Source: Actinomycetota bacterium
GTDB lineage: Bacteria; Actinomycetota; Actinomycetes; Nanopelagicales; Nanopelagicaceae
DNA: 31,983 nucleotides
Assembly: GCA_010032085.1 (NCBI GenBank)
Contig: RGYL01000001.1
Span: 1-31,983, forward strand
Direction of reading: 5' to 3'
The notes below the pieces were generated by a model. It did not search any database and was not told where the DNA came from. It saw only the letters and a list, made by a program, of their open reading frames with translations. The translations under genes and the position numbers were made by a program. This document shows positions 9,808 through 18,729 of this stretch, one piece after another. The stretch's first letter is position 1. The number at the start of each line of letters is the position of its first letter.

Positions 9808-11742
9808 ATGAAGTACTTGCCCCGCCTGAAATCTCCATCTGATCTGGCGCGCATGAGCGAGTCTGAACTGGCTGAACTCTCCGAAGAGATACGTAGTTTT
9901 CTTGTAGATAAAGTTTCAAAATCCGGTGGCCATCTTGGTCCAAATCTGGGAATTGTTGAACTAACCATTGCAATACATCGAGTCTTTCAATCACCGCATG
10001 ATGTTGTTATTTTTGATACTGGTCACCAGTCCTATGTACATAAGATTCTTACTGGTCGCGCTGATGGATTTGAAAAATTAAGACAGCGAGGCGGGGTCTC
10101 GGGTTATCCCAGCCGCGCCGAGAGCGAACATGATGTTGTGGAAAATTCACATGCATCGACTTCTCTCTCTTGGGCTGATGGTGTTGCGCGGGCATTTAGC
10201 GTTCAAGGAATCACCGATAGAACTGTTGTCGCAGTAGTAGGAGATGGGGCGCTCACCGGAGGAATGGCGTGGGAGGCTTTAAATAACATTGCTGCTTCTG
10301 AGAACCTGAGACTTGTAATAGTTGTTAACGATAACGAACGTTCATATTCACCAACTATTGGTGGCGTCGCAACTTATTTATCGACCTTGCGAGCGACTAA
10401 AGGTTACGAGAAGTTTTTGGACTGGGGTAAAGGAGTGCTGGAGCGAACTCCGGTTGTCGGCCACCCGATTTACGAAACACTGCACGGAATGAAGAAAGGC
10501 TTGAAAGATATTGTGGCTCCTCAGGGAATGTTTGAGGATTTGGGACTTAAGTATCTAGGTCCTATCGATGGCCATGACATTGCGGCTCTTGAAAAGGCGC
10601 TAATCCAAGCGAAGAAATTTGAAGGACCAGTTTTGGTTCATGCAATTACCGAGAAGGGACGCGGACACGCACCAGCTCTCAATGATGAAGCAGAGAAATT
10701 CCATGCAGTTGGCGTCGTTGATCCTGAAACTGGCGAGCCACTTGCGAAGGCAGGTAAGACTTGGACAGAAGCCTTCTCTAGCGCTTTAGTTGAGATTGGC
10801 CGTGAACGGAAAGAAGTTGTGGCAATTACAGCTGCAATGCTCGGCCCAACTGGATTGGATAAATTCCGAGAGCAATACCCAGATCGAACTTTTGATGTGG
10901 GAATTGCCGAACAACACGCCACAACCTCTGCCGCTGGAATGGCTTTTGCAGGGCTTCATCCGGTTGTTGCGGTGTATTCCACATTCTTAAATCGTGCGTT
11001 TGACCAATTACTTCTTGATGTCGCTCTTCACAAAGCGGGGGTAACTTTTGTCTTGGATCGCGCCGGAATTACTGGCGATGATGGTCCATCCCATCACGGA
11101 ATTTGGGATCTTGCGTTAACTGGAATCGTTCCAACGCTAAGAGTTGCAGCGCCGCGCGATGGCGTAAGGCTGCGAGAGTTATTGGGTGAGGCCGTTTTAG
11201 TAAATGATGCGCCGACTCTCTTACGTTTTCCGAAAGGCGCGCTTAGCGCCGAACTTCCCGCTTTTGAAAGGCGTGAAGGTATCGATGTTCTCTATCGCGG
11301 TGAGAGCCCCGACATTTTGGTGATTGCCGTTGGCGCAATGGCTCAATTAGCAGTTGATGCTGCAGCCCAGGCATATCGCGAAGGAGTTGGGGTGACTGTG
11401 ATTGATCCGCGCTGGGTCAGGCCACTTCCGGTCGCTGCGTTGGCAAGAATGGCGGAGCGCTATTCGCGAATTGTGGTGATAGAAGATGGCGTGAAGAGTG
11501 GTGGTATCGCAAGCTCGTTATCCGATTCATTCCGTGAATTAGATATTGCAACTCCTATACATTCAATCGGAGTGCCACTCACTTTCATTGAGCATTCAAA
11601 GCGAAATCAAATCTTGGAAGATCTAGGAATTACTGCCCAATCTGTAGCGCGCCAACTCGTAACTTGGTTTTCTGGAAGCGTTACGCAGGAAGAGAGGCAA
11701 CTCCAGGCGGATGGAAGCGTTGACCACAAACCGCTTCGCTAA
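9808..11742 (+). CDS. dxs: 1-deoxy-D-xylulose-5-phosphate synthase
   Basis: GGHLGPNLG, FDTGHQSY, GDGALTGGMAWEALNN, DVGIAEQH, DRAGITGDDGPSHHG; start reassigned to ATG 9808 (TACCAT 6 nt upstream). Confidence 0.97.
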   Translation: MKYLPRLKSPSDLARMSESELAELSEEIRSFLVDKVSKSGGHLGPNLGIVELTIAIHRVFQSPHDVVIFDTGHQSYVHKILTGRADGFEKLRQRGGVSGYPSRAESEHDVVENSHASTSLSWADGVARAFSVQGITDRTVVAVVGDGALTGGMAWEALNNIAASENLRLVIVVNDNERSYSPTIGGVATYLSTLRATKGYEKFLDWGKGVLERTPVVGHPIYETLHGMKKGLKDIVAPQGMFEDLGLKYLGPIDGHDIAALEKALIQAKKFEGPVLVHAITEKGRGHAPALNDEAEKFHAVGVVDPETGEPLAKAGKTWTEAFSSALVEIGRERKEVVAITAAMLGPTGLDKFREQYPDRTFDVGIAEQHATTSAAGMAFAGLHPVVAVYSTFLNRAFDQLLLDVALHKAGVTFVLDRAGITGDDGPSHHGIWDLALTGIVPTLRVAAPRDGVRLRELLGEAVLVNDAPTLLRFPKGALSAELPAFERREGIDVLYRGESPDILVIAVGAMAQLAVDAAAQAYREGVGVTVIDPRWVRPLPVAALARMAERYSRIVVIEDGVKSGGIASSLSDSFRELDIATPIHSIGVPLTFIEHSKRNQILEDLGITAQSVARQLVTWFSGSVTQEERQLQADGSVDHKPLR

Positions 11743-13792
11743 TTCCTTCACGATCTAGATAAGGAAGTATTCCTCCGAGATGCATCGGCCAGCCTGCGCC
11801 CATCAACATACATAAATCAATCTCGGCTGGCGTAGCAACGACACCTTCATCAAGCATCATCCGAGCCTCCTCGGCTAGAGCTTTAAGTGCGCGTGCACGG
11901 ACCTGCTCGGCGGTTGAAGGGGTTGTGCCCTTTTCTACTAGAGCAAGTGCTTCTTGATTGGCAACTAATTTTCCACTTTCATCCTTAACGTAGAAAGACT
12001 TCACGCCTTTCTCTACCAATCTGGAAACTGTTGGTGAAACTTTGTATCGAGGTCCAAGATTTGCATTTAAAGTCTTTGAGACATGAAGTGCAACACCCGG
12101 ACCGACAAGTCCAAAGAGCTCGAGCGGTGACATCGGAAAACCGAGCGGCCTGAGTGCGCTATCGGCAATATCGTAAGAAGTACCTTCATCGATTGCATCG
12201 GTCACTTCACCCATAAATCGGGTCAATAAGCGATTAACTACAAAACCCGGAGCATCTTTACAGATAATCATGGTCTTCTTCAATTCTTTACCAACGCTAA
12301 TTGCAGTTGCAGTAGTCGCATCATCAGTCTTGCTGGTGCGCGCGACCTCAAGAAGTGGCATTACCGCAACTGGATTAAAGAAGTGAAAGCCGACTACTCG
12401 TTCTGGATGTGTAAGACCTTCGCCCATCTTTTCGACGGAGAGCGAAGATGTGTTTGTTGCAAGTACGCACTCAGTCGAGATGATTTTTTCGAGCGCTTGG
12501 AAGAGTTTCTGTTTGATTGCTAACTCTTCAAAGACTGCTTCGATAATAAAGTCACAGCCGGCGAAAATGCTTTGATCTGTTGAGCCACTCACAAGTCCCT
12601 TTAGCCTTGAAGCGCCCTCCTGATTTAGCCGTTTCTTCTCTACTAACTTGTCGATTTCGCCATGAATCCAGGAAATTCCCTTATCCACGCGGGCCTGGTC
12701 AAGATCTGTGATTACAACAGGTACTTTCAAATTTCGCATTATCAATAGCGCTAGTTGCGAGGCCATCAATCCAGCTCCTACTACGCCAACTCGATTAACT
12801 TTTCGGGCCAGCGCTGGCTTTGGGGCGCCCTCAACTTTCTTACGCTTCTTTTGGATTAGGTTAAATGCATATAGAGATGAGCGAAGTGGATTATCCATAA
12901 CCAGATTTGCAAGGACTTCATCTTCGGCATCAAATCCCTGATCGAGGGTGTTGGACTTCGCCGCCGCAATCAACTCAAGGGCTCTCAAAGGTGCCGCTAC
13001 TTCGGCGCCCCCGTATTTCTTAGCAACAGCGGCTTTACCCGTTGCGATAGCCCGCTGCCAAGACTCTTCGTCTTTTGAGTGATCAACACGTTCAATCTTT
13101 TTCTTGCCACTTAAAATATCGGCTGCGAAAGCACATGATTTCTCGAGGAAATCTGCTGGCTCGAAGACTGCATCGACTACTCCAAGGGCGAGCGCTTCTT
13201 TCGCCTTCATCATGGTGTTGTTATTTAGCGCGTTAAGAATTATTACTTGGACTGCCTTTTCAGGTCCAATCAACTTCGGGAGAATCGTTGCGCCGCCCCA
13301 TCCCGGAACAATTCCAAGGAAGCACTCTGGCAGAGCGGTAAATGCAGTGGTTGCGAGCGTGCGATAAGTGCAATGCAGGCCAACCTCAAGACCGCCACCA
13401 AGAGCTAAACCATTTGTGAATGCGAAAGTTGGCTTCTTCCCGCGCCCAAGACGCTTAAAGAGATCGTGGCCGAACTTTCCCATGGCAAGTGCTTGTGACT
13501 TATCTTTCAGAAAGGGTAACGCTGAAAGATCGGCACCGGCGGCAAAGATAAATGGCTTTCCTGTGATTGCAATAGCGGAGGAGGAGCTATTTTCTGCAGC
13601 TGTTATCGCTTGCTCTAACTCTTTAAGTGATTGTGGTCCGAGGGTATTTGGACGGTTGTAATCCATTCCATTATCGAGAGTTATCAATGAGAGCGTTCCA
13701 TTAAAACCAAATGGCGTGAGATCAACCTCGCGAAGCAGTGACTTTGTTACAACTTCTTCGGGCGCGCCTTCGGGAGCAGTGAACTCGACCAT
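11681..13792 (-). CDS. fadB: Fatty-acid beta-oxidation multifunctional subunit (enoyl-CoA hydratase / 3-hydroxyacyl-CoA dehydrogenase)
   Basis: FAAGADL, GGGLE, LPECFLGIVPGWGG; GVVGAGLMA, EAVFEE, ATNTSSL, GFHFFNP, GFVVNR. Confidence 0.95.
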   Translation of the reverse strand: MVEFTAPEGAPEEVVTKSLLREVDLTPFGFNGTLSLITLDNGMDYNRPNTLGPQSLKELEQAITAAENSSSSAIAITGKPFIFAAGADLSALPFLKDKSQALAMGKFGHDLFKRLGRGKKPTFAFTNGLALGGGLEVGLHCTYRTLATTAFTALPECFLGIVPGWGGATILPKLIGPEKAVQVIILNALNNNTMMKAKEALALGVVDAVFEPADFLEKSCAFAADILSGKKKIERVDHSKDEESWQRAIATGKAAVAKKYGGAEVAAPLRALELIAAAKSNTLDQGFDAEDEVLANLVMDNPLRSSLYAFNLIQKKRKKVEGAPKPALARKVNRVGVVGAGLMASQLALLIMRNLKVPVVITDLDQARVDKGISWIHGEIDKLVEKKRLNQEGASRLKGLVSGSTDQSIFAGCDFIIEAVFEELAIKQKLFQALEKIISTECVLATNTSSLSVEKMGEGLTHPERVVGFHFFNPVAVMPLLEVARTSKTDDATTATAISVGKELKKTMIICKDAPGFVVNRLLTRFMGEVTDAIDEGTSYDIADSALRPLGFPMSPLELFGLVGPGVALHVSKTLNANLGPRYKVSPTVSRLVEKGVKSFYVKDESGKLVANQEALALVEKGTTPSTAEQVRARALKALAEEARMMLDEGVVATPAEIDLCMLMGAGWPMHLGGILPYLDREGISEAVCGQRFHPPGVASLPA

Positions 13793-13795
13793 TGA

Positions 13796-15004
13796 TTACG
13801 CCTTTCCATAATCTTTATGATGCGGATTTTCCCAAATTACAGTTCCACCCATACCAAGTCCGATGCACATGGTGGTGATTCCGTAGCGAACTTCAGGGTG
13901 TTCTTTAAATCCTTCTGCAAGATTCAATATCAAACGAACGCCAGATGAAGCGAGCGGATGTCCTACTGCAATCGCGCCGCCGTAAATATTTACCCGTGCA
14001 TCGTCATCTTTAATTCCAAAGTAATCCAGGAAGGAGAGGACTTGAATGGAGAATGCTTCATTAATTTCAAAAAGACCAATATCTTCGATTCCAAGACCGG
14101 CGAGCTTAAGTGCTTTAATCGTGGATGGGACCGGGCCGTAACCCATAATCTCAGGTTCCACACCAGCAAATGCGAAAGTCACAAGTTTCGCTTTTGGATT
14201 TAGACCCAATTCTTTTGCTTTGCTCTCACTCGCAAGAAGCGCAGCTGTAGCGCCATCATTTAATCCAGCGGCATTTCCAGCAGTTACTCGACCGGCAGGA
14301 CGAAACGGCGTTTTTAGTGCAGCAAGTGCCTCGAGAGTTGTACCGGGGCGAGGTGGCTCATCAACTGTGGCAACACCCCAACCCTGTTCAGCGCTTCGTA
14401 CCGCAACCGGAATCAGATTAGGTTGAATTTTTCCGGCTTGATATGCGGCCGCAGTTTTTTGTTGAGAAGCTAATGCATACTTATCGGCGCGCTCTTTAGT
14501 GAGGTGAGGAAACTTGTCATGCAATCTCTCTGCGGTATTTCCCATCGCTAGGGCATCTGGATCAACGATTTTCTCTGCGAGATATCTTGGATTTGGATCC
14601 ATACCTTCACCCATTGGATGGTTACCCATATGCTCAACGCCACCTGCGATGGCAAGTTGATAAGCGCCCATATTGATGGCGCCTGCAATTGTTGTAACTG
14701 AAGTGAGCGCACCTGCACACCAACGATCAACCGAGTAACCTGGAACTGTATTTGGAAGGCCAGCCAGAATTGCAGTAGAACGACCGATATTCATTCCTTG
14801 GTCACCTGATTGCGTCGCAGCAGCAATAGCAACATCATCAATATCTGCGGGTTTTACCTTTGGATTGCGTTCCAGCAAACCGCGGATTGCGCGCACCATG
14901 ATGTCATCGGCGCGGGTACCGGCGTAAAGACTTCCAGCTTTTCCAAATGGAGTTCGAACAGCGTCAATTAAGACGACATTGGTTGTGGTGGCGGCAGATT
15001 TCAT
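13796..15004 (-). CDS. fadA: Acetyl-CoA C-acyltransferase (thiolase)
   Basis: RWCAG catalytic Cys, NEAF, GGAIAVGHPLASSG, MCIGLGMG; 3 nt upstream of fadB. Confidence 0.95.
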   Translation of the reverse strand: MKSAATTTNVVLIDAVRTPFGKAGSLYAGTRADDIMVRAIRGLLERNPKVKPADIDDVAIAAATQSGDQGMNIGRSTAILAGLPNTVPGYSVDRWCAGALTSVTTIAGAINMGAYQLAIAGGVEHMGNHPMGEGMDPNPRYLAEKIVDPDALAMGNTAERLHDKFPHLTKERADKYALASQQKTAAAYQAGKIQPNLIPVAVRSAEQGWGVATVDEPPRPGTTLEALAALKTPFRPAGRVTAGNAAGLNDGATAALLASESKAKELGLNPKAKLVTFAFAGVEPEIMGYGPVPSTIKALKLAGLGIEDIGLFEINEAFSIQVLSFLDYFGIKDDDARVNIYGGAIAVGHPLASSGVRLILNLAEGFKEHPEVRYGITTMCIGLGMGGTVIWENPHHKDYGKA

Positions 15005-15013
15005 ACCGCAACC

Positions 15014-16078
15014 CTACTCGCCAGTAGGAATTTGCGACACCCAGCGAATTGGCCCAACGTGCTCGAGGAAGACCGACTTACCGACCTCATACTTAAGCGC
15101 TCCGGTAACCCGAACCTTTAACTCTCCGCTAAGTCCGGGAACTGTTAGCTCCAATACCGCGTCATGGCCGTAGTAATGAATCCGGGTGACTTTGGCCTGC
15201 GTTACGGCCTTTGCTTTTGCGCCCTTGGCATCGACGATGCGAATCTCCTCAGGGCGGACAAGCAGGTATCCGCTCTCACTTCTTCCCGATCGCTTCACCT
15301 CAGGATGAAGCGCGGATACTAGATGCTTGCCACCAACGCGAATCGCAGGAAGTTCCAAAATATCGCCAGTGCTCTCAGCGCTCTGTGCTGAGACGGGGTG
15401 CATGTAAACCTCTTCTGGTGAACCTGCTTGCACGACACGGCCTTCACGCATCAGGGCGATGATGTCAGCAGAGACAAGAGCATCTTCCCGATCATGAGTG
15501 ACCATAAGTGAGGTCGTCTTGGTTTTTTTTAGAAGTGAGACGACTTCACTACTAACTTCAGCTCGTAGCGCATAGTCAAGATTGGAAAATGGTTCATCCA
15601 ATAGAACGAGGGTGGGCTTTGTGGCAAGAGCTCGCGCCAATGCGATTCTTGTCTGCTGACCGCCGCTTAATTGATGAGGCTTTCGATTATTGAATCCAGC
15701 TAATCCAACAAGATCAAGCATTTCGTCAATGATGGTGCCACGTTCCGAGCTCTTAAGTTTCTTCTCTAGAGCAAATCCCACATTCTCGGCAACGCTAAGG
15801 TGCGGAAATAATCCACCTTCTTGGGGCAAGTATCCGATATTTCGTTTATGCGGCGGCAGCACAAGGGATGAAACGCTTACTAATTGTTTGCCAAATCTAA
15901 TGGCCCCAGAAGAAGGTCTGACTAAACCAGCTATCGTCCTTAGTAGCGTTGTCTTTCCACATCCGGAGGGTCCCAAAAGAGCTGCAAAAGTTCCGGAGGG
16001 AATATCTAGGCTTAGATTTCGAAGAACTTCTTTAGCCCCGAGATGAACGCCAAGATCCTTTATTTCAAGAGCGGTCAC
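15014..16078 (-). CDS. fbpC: ABC transporter ATP-binding subunit, Fe3+/FbpC-like
   Basis: Walker A GPSGCGKT, LSGGQ signature, LLDEPFSNLD, VTHD; TOBE-like C-terminus. Confidence 0.88.
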   Translation of the reverse strand: MTALEIKDLGVHLGAKEVLRNLSLDIPSGTFAALLGPSGCGKTTLLRTIAGLVRPSSGAIRFGKQLVSVSSLVLPPHKRNIGYLPQEGGLFPHLSVAENVGFALEKKLKSSERGTIIDEMLDLVGLAGFNNRKPHQLSGGQQTRIALARALATKPTLVLLDEPFSNLDYALRAEVSSEVVSLLKKTKTTSLMVTHDREDALVSADIIALMREGRVVQAGSPEEVYMHPVSAQSAESTGDILELPAIRVGGKHLVSALHPEVKRSGRSESGYLLVRPEEIRIVDAKGAKAKAVTQAKVTRIHYYGHDAVLELTVPGLSGELKVRVTGALKYEVGKSVFLEHVGPIRWVSQIPTGE

Positions 16079-17652
16079 TAGATTTCCTCCCTTGATCGCT
16101 CTTCAACGTAATTCTTATCTGGCCTACTAATCAAAAAGGTAGGAATGGCGGCGATGATGACGAGCAATAATGCGTAAGGAGCAGCCTCGCTAAATCGAAA
16201 AATTGCAGTGTTACTCCACATTTCAGTTGCAAGAGTCTCAAATCCCGTTGGCCTAAGCATCAAAGTAGCGGGTAACTCCTTCATCGATGAGAGCAAGACT
16301 AATAAGGTTCCCGTCAAAACCCCAGGCGCAGCCAATGGAAGCGTCACTCGATAGAAAATCCGACTTCTTGATTGACCCAGTGTTGCAGCAATTTCAGTTA
16401 AGTTTTCGGGGACCCGTGAGAGGGAAGTTCGGATTGTTCCCACCGATCTGGCAAGAAAAAGAATTGAGTACGCGATTCCAAGTAATCCAACGGTCTGGTA
16501 GATCAATGGAAAATCAGAACCGAGAGCGACCAAAGCTAATCCCATAACAACACCAGGTAGGGCATTAACGAGTAAGACTCCTCGTTCGGCCACTTTGCCG
16601 AGCAAACTTGCGCGTAGCGCCAGCAAGGCAAGTGGGATAGCTAGAAGTAGCGCAAATATCGCACCAATTGAGGAGACCAGAATTGTGGAGAGCGCGGCCT
16701 GACTTAACTCAAAGAAATCAATTGGTTGAGGTCTAGCAAAAAATCTCAGTAGCAGAACTCCCATAGGAATAATCAGAGCCGCCAAAATGTAAAGCGCTAG
16801 AAATGAAGTTGCGACTATACGCACTCGAATTGCGGTTATCGGCGCTACCTGCTTTGTTATTGATACTGAACCCTTAAAGATGCGTGAGCGATTCCGTGAT
16901 TGAACTTCGATTGAAATAACTATTCCGGAGAGCGCTACGAGCATGAGCGCAAGCACGGCGGCGCTACTACGATCAAAACTTCCCTGGTAGGTATTTTGAA
17001 TGGTACGAGTAAATGTATCTACGCCGAGGAGTGAGACTGCTCCAAAGTCACTTAGAACATATAGAGAGACCAAGAGCGCTCCTGCAGCAAGAGCGTTGCG
17101 CATTTGTGGCAGAGTCACACGCAAGAAAATCTTAAATTGATTAAGGCCAAGAGTTTGGGCGACATCTATCTGCGCTGAATCAATTCGACGTAATGATGCG
17201 AGCGCCGCAAGAGTCACATAAGGAGTAGTGGAAAGAGTAAGAACAACTACCGCAGCGAAATAGCCCGAAGGAAGAATCCCTAGAGATAACCAGCAATAAG
17301 TGAATACGTAACTTGGGATAGCTATCGGCAGGATGGCTAAGGCTCTAAATACATTGGGGTTGGGAAGTTTGATGTTATGAAGAGACCAAGCGATGGCAGA
17401 TCCAAGGAGAGTGGCGAGAAATGCAACGATTGTTACTAACGAGACGGTAGTAAGAAAAACTTCCAAAGTCTTGGCGCGAAAAACAACAATTCGGAGCGAT
17501 TCGAGATCGCCTTGGAGAGCGCGAGCGAAAAGGTAACCAAGTGGAAGGGCCACAAAGCCCAGGGAGATTAAGGCAGAGCCAATCAAAAGCGGCGAGGTGC
17601 GGGAATCTTCTCCTCGCGCCATCGCTTGCTCGTTAATGAGAGGAAGTGTCAT
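16078..17652 (-). CDS. fbpB: Fe3+-type ABC transporter permease (duplicated TM domain, FbpB-like)
   Basis: About 12 TM segments with two EAA-like loops (AQIDVAQTLG, NLTEIAATLG); SDFGAVSLL and MKELPATLML motifs. Confidence 0.88.
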   Translation of the reverse strand: MTLPLINEQAMARGEDSRTSPLLIGSALISLGFVALPLGYLFARALQGDLESLRIVVFRAKTLEVFLTTVSLVTIVAFLATLLGSAIAWSLHNIKLPNPNVFRALAILPIAIPSYVFTYCWLSLGILPSGYFAAVVVLTLSTTPYVTLAALASLRRIDSAQIDVAQTLGLNQFKIFLRVTLPQMRNALAAGALLVSLYVLSDFGAVSLLGVDTFTRTIQNTYQGSFDRSSAAVLALMLVALSGIVISIEVQSRNRSRIFKGSVSITKQVAPITAIRVRIVATSFLALYILAALIIPMGVLLLRFFARPQPIDFFELSQAALSTILVSSIGAIFALLLAIPLALLALRASLLGKVAERGVLLVNALPGVVMGLALVALGSDFPLIYQTVGLLGIAYSILFLARSVGTIRTSLSRVPENLTEIAATLGQSRSRIFYRVTLPLAAPGVLTGTLLVLLSSMKELPATLMLRPTGFETLATEMWSNTAIFRFSEAAPYALLLVIIAAIPTFLISRPDKNYVEERSREEI

Positions 17653-17666
17653 GGCAATCTGCTCGA

Positions 17667-18671
17667 TTAGAGCAAGCCTACTTTTATAAGTAGTTGTTGG
17701 GTGCGTTTCAAGTCTGTCAAAGACGCAAGATCGACTGCAGGAGCCTTAATCTGATTTAACGGAATCATTCCGGCTGGATTGCGCGCCGGGTTTACTGCGG
17801 AATACTCTTTTACTTCATCTAGGAAGAAAGTTTGGGCCTTTTGTGAAAGCAGAAAAGCAATTAGTTCTGCACCAACTTCTTGTTTTTTGCTGGTTTTGAG
17901 TTTTCCGATGCCTGAGGCGTTTATTAAGTTACCAATATCATTTGCGGCGAAGAAGGAATTCTCTACATTTATCTCACGCCCAAGCTCCTCAGCAACTTCA
18001 AAAATGTAGTAGTGATTTACTAAACCACCATCGATTTCACCAGCATCAATCGCTTCGACAATGAGACTATTCTTTTCGTAAAATTTCGGATCATTAGCCA
18101 CGATTGCTCTTAACCACTTCTCGGTTTCTACTTCGCCGCGGGTCTGGATCATGGCGGTGATGAAAGCTTGGAATGAGGCATTTGTGGGCGCAATTCCGAT
18201 TCGCCCCTTCCAGGTCGAGTCGGTTAAGTCATCAACGCTCTTCGGTAAGTTAGAGACGCGATCAGGCGCGTAGGCAAAAACTCGTACTCTTCCGGTTAAT
18301 CCCACCCAATCCTTACTCGGCGAGCGAAAATATTTATCGACGCTATTCAACAACTCATCTTCAAGGGGAGCTAAGAGCTCCGCTGCCGATACGGCGCCAA
18401 GTGCTCCGGCATCTTGCGAGATGAAGATATCTGCAGGGGAGTTTTCGCCTTCTTCAAGAATTTGAGCGGCCAGCGCAGCTGAGTCGCCATAGCGGATCTC
18501 AAGTTCAATCCCACTTTCTGCAGTGAAGTCTTCAAAGAGGCTTCCCATGTACTCCTCGGCCCTACCCGAGTAGATAACGAGGCTCTGGCTTTCCGGGCTA
18601 GAGCCGGAACAGGCTGAGAGCGAGGCAATTAAGGCCAAAAAGGGGATAAGCAGAAGTAGGCGATTGCGCAT
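17667..18671 (-). CDS. fbpA: Fe3+-type ABC transporter substrate-binding lipoprotein (FbpA/FutA-like)
   Basis: Lipobox LSAC, IYSGRAEE, SPADIFISQDAG, and the NHYY tyrosine pair typical of ferric-binding proteins. Substrate is inferred. Confidence 0.85.
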   Translation of the reverse strand: MRNRLLLLIPFLALIASLSACSGSSPESQSLVIYSGRAEEYMGSLFEDFTAESGIELEIRYGDSAALAAQILEEGENSPADIFISQDAGALGAVSAAELLAPLEDELLNSVDKYFRSPSKDWVGLTGRVRVFAYAPDRVSNLPKSVDDLTDSTWKGRIGIAPTNASFQAFITAMIQTRGEVETEKWLRAIVANDPKFYEKNSLIVEAIDAGEIDGGLVNHYYIFEVAEELGREINVENSFFAANDIGNLINASGIGKLKTSKKQEVGAELIAFLLSQKAQTFFLDEVKEYSAVNPARNPAGMIPLNQIKAPAVDLASLTDLKRTQQLLIKVGLL

Positions 18672-18677
18672 GAGCAG

Positions 18678-18706
18678 ACCTTAATTCCGAAGGGGGTATT
18701 TACGCA
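18678..18706 (-). promoter_or_regulatory. Predicted leaderless promoter of the Fe ABC operon (-35 TTGCGT, 18-nt spacer, -10 TAAGGT, ATG 6 nt downstream)
   Basis: Minus strand reads TTGCGT-aaatacccccttcggaat-TAAGGT-ctgctc-ATG. Confidence 0.55.
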
Positions 18707-18725
18707 ACATTTATGTTGCGTAAAT
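18698..18725. repeat. Perfect inverted repeat, 13-bp arms with 2-nt spacer (ATTTACGCAACAT-TT-ATGTTGCGTAAAT); candidate operator
   Basis: Read directly from the sequence; it lies 4 nt past the rnd stop and overlaps the predicted -35 of fbpA. Confidence 0.9.
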
Positions 18726-18729
18726 CAGC

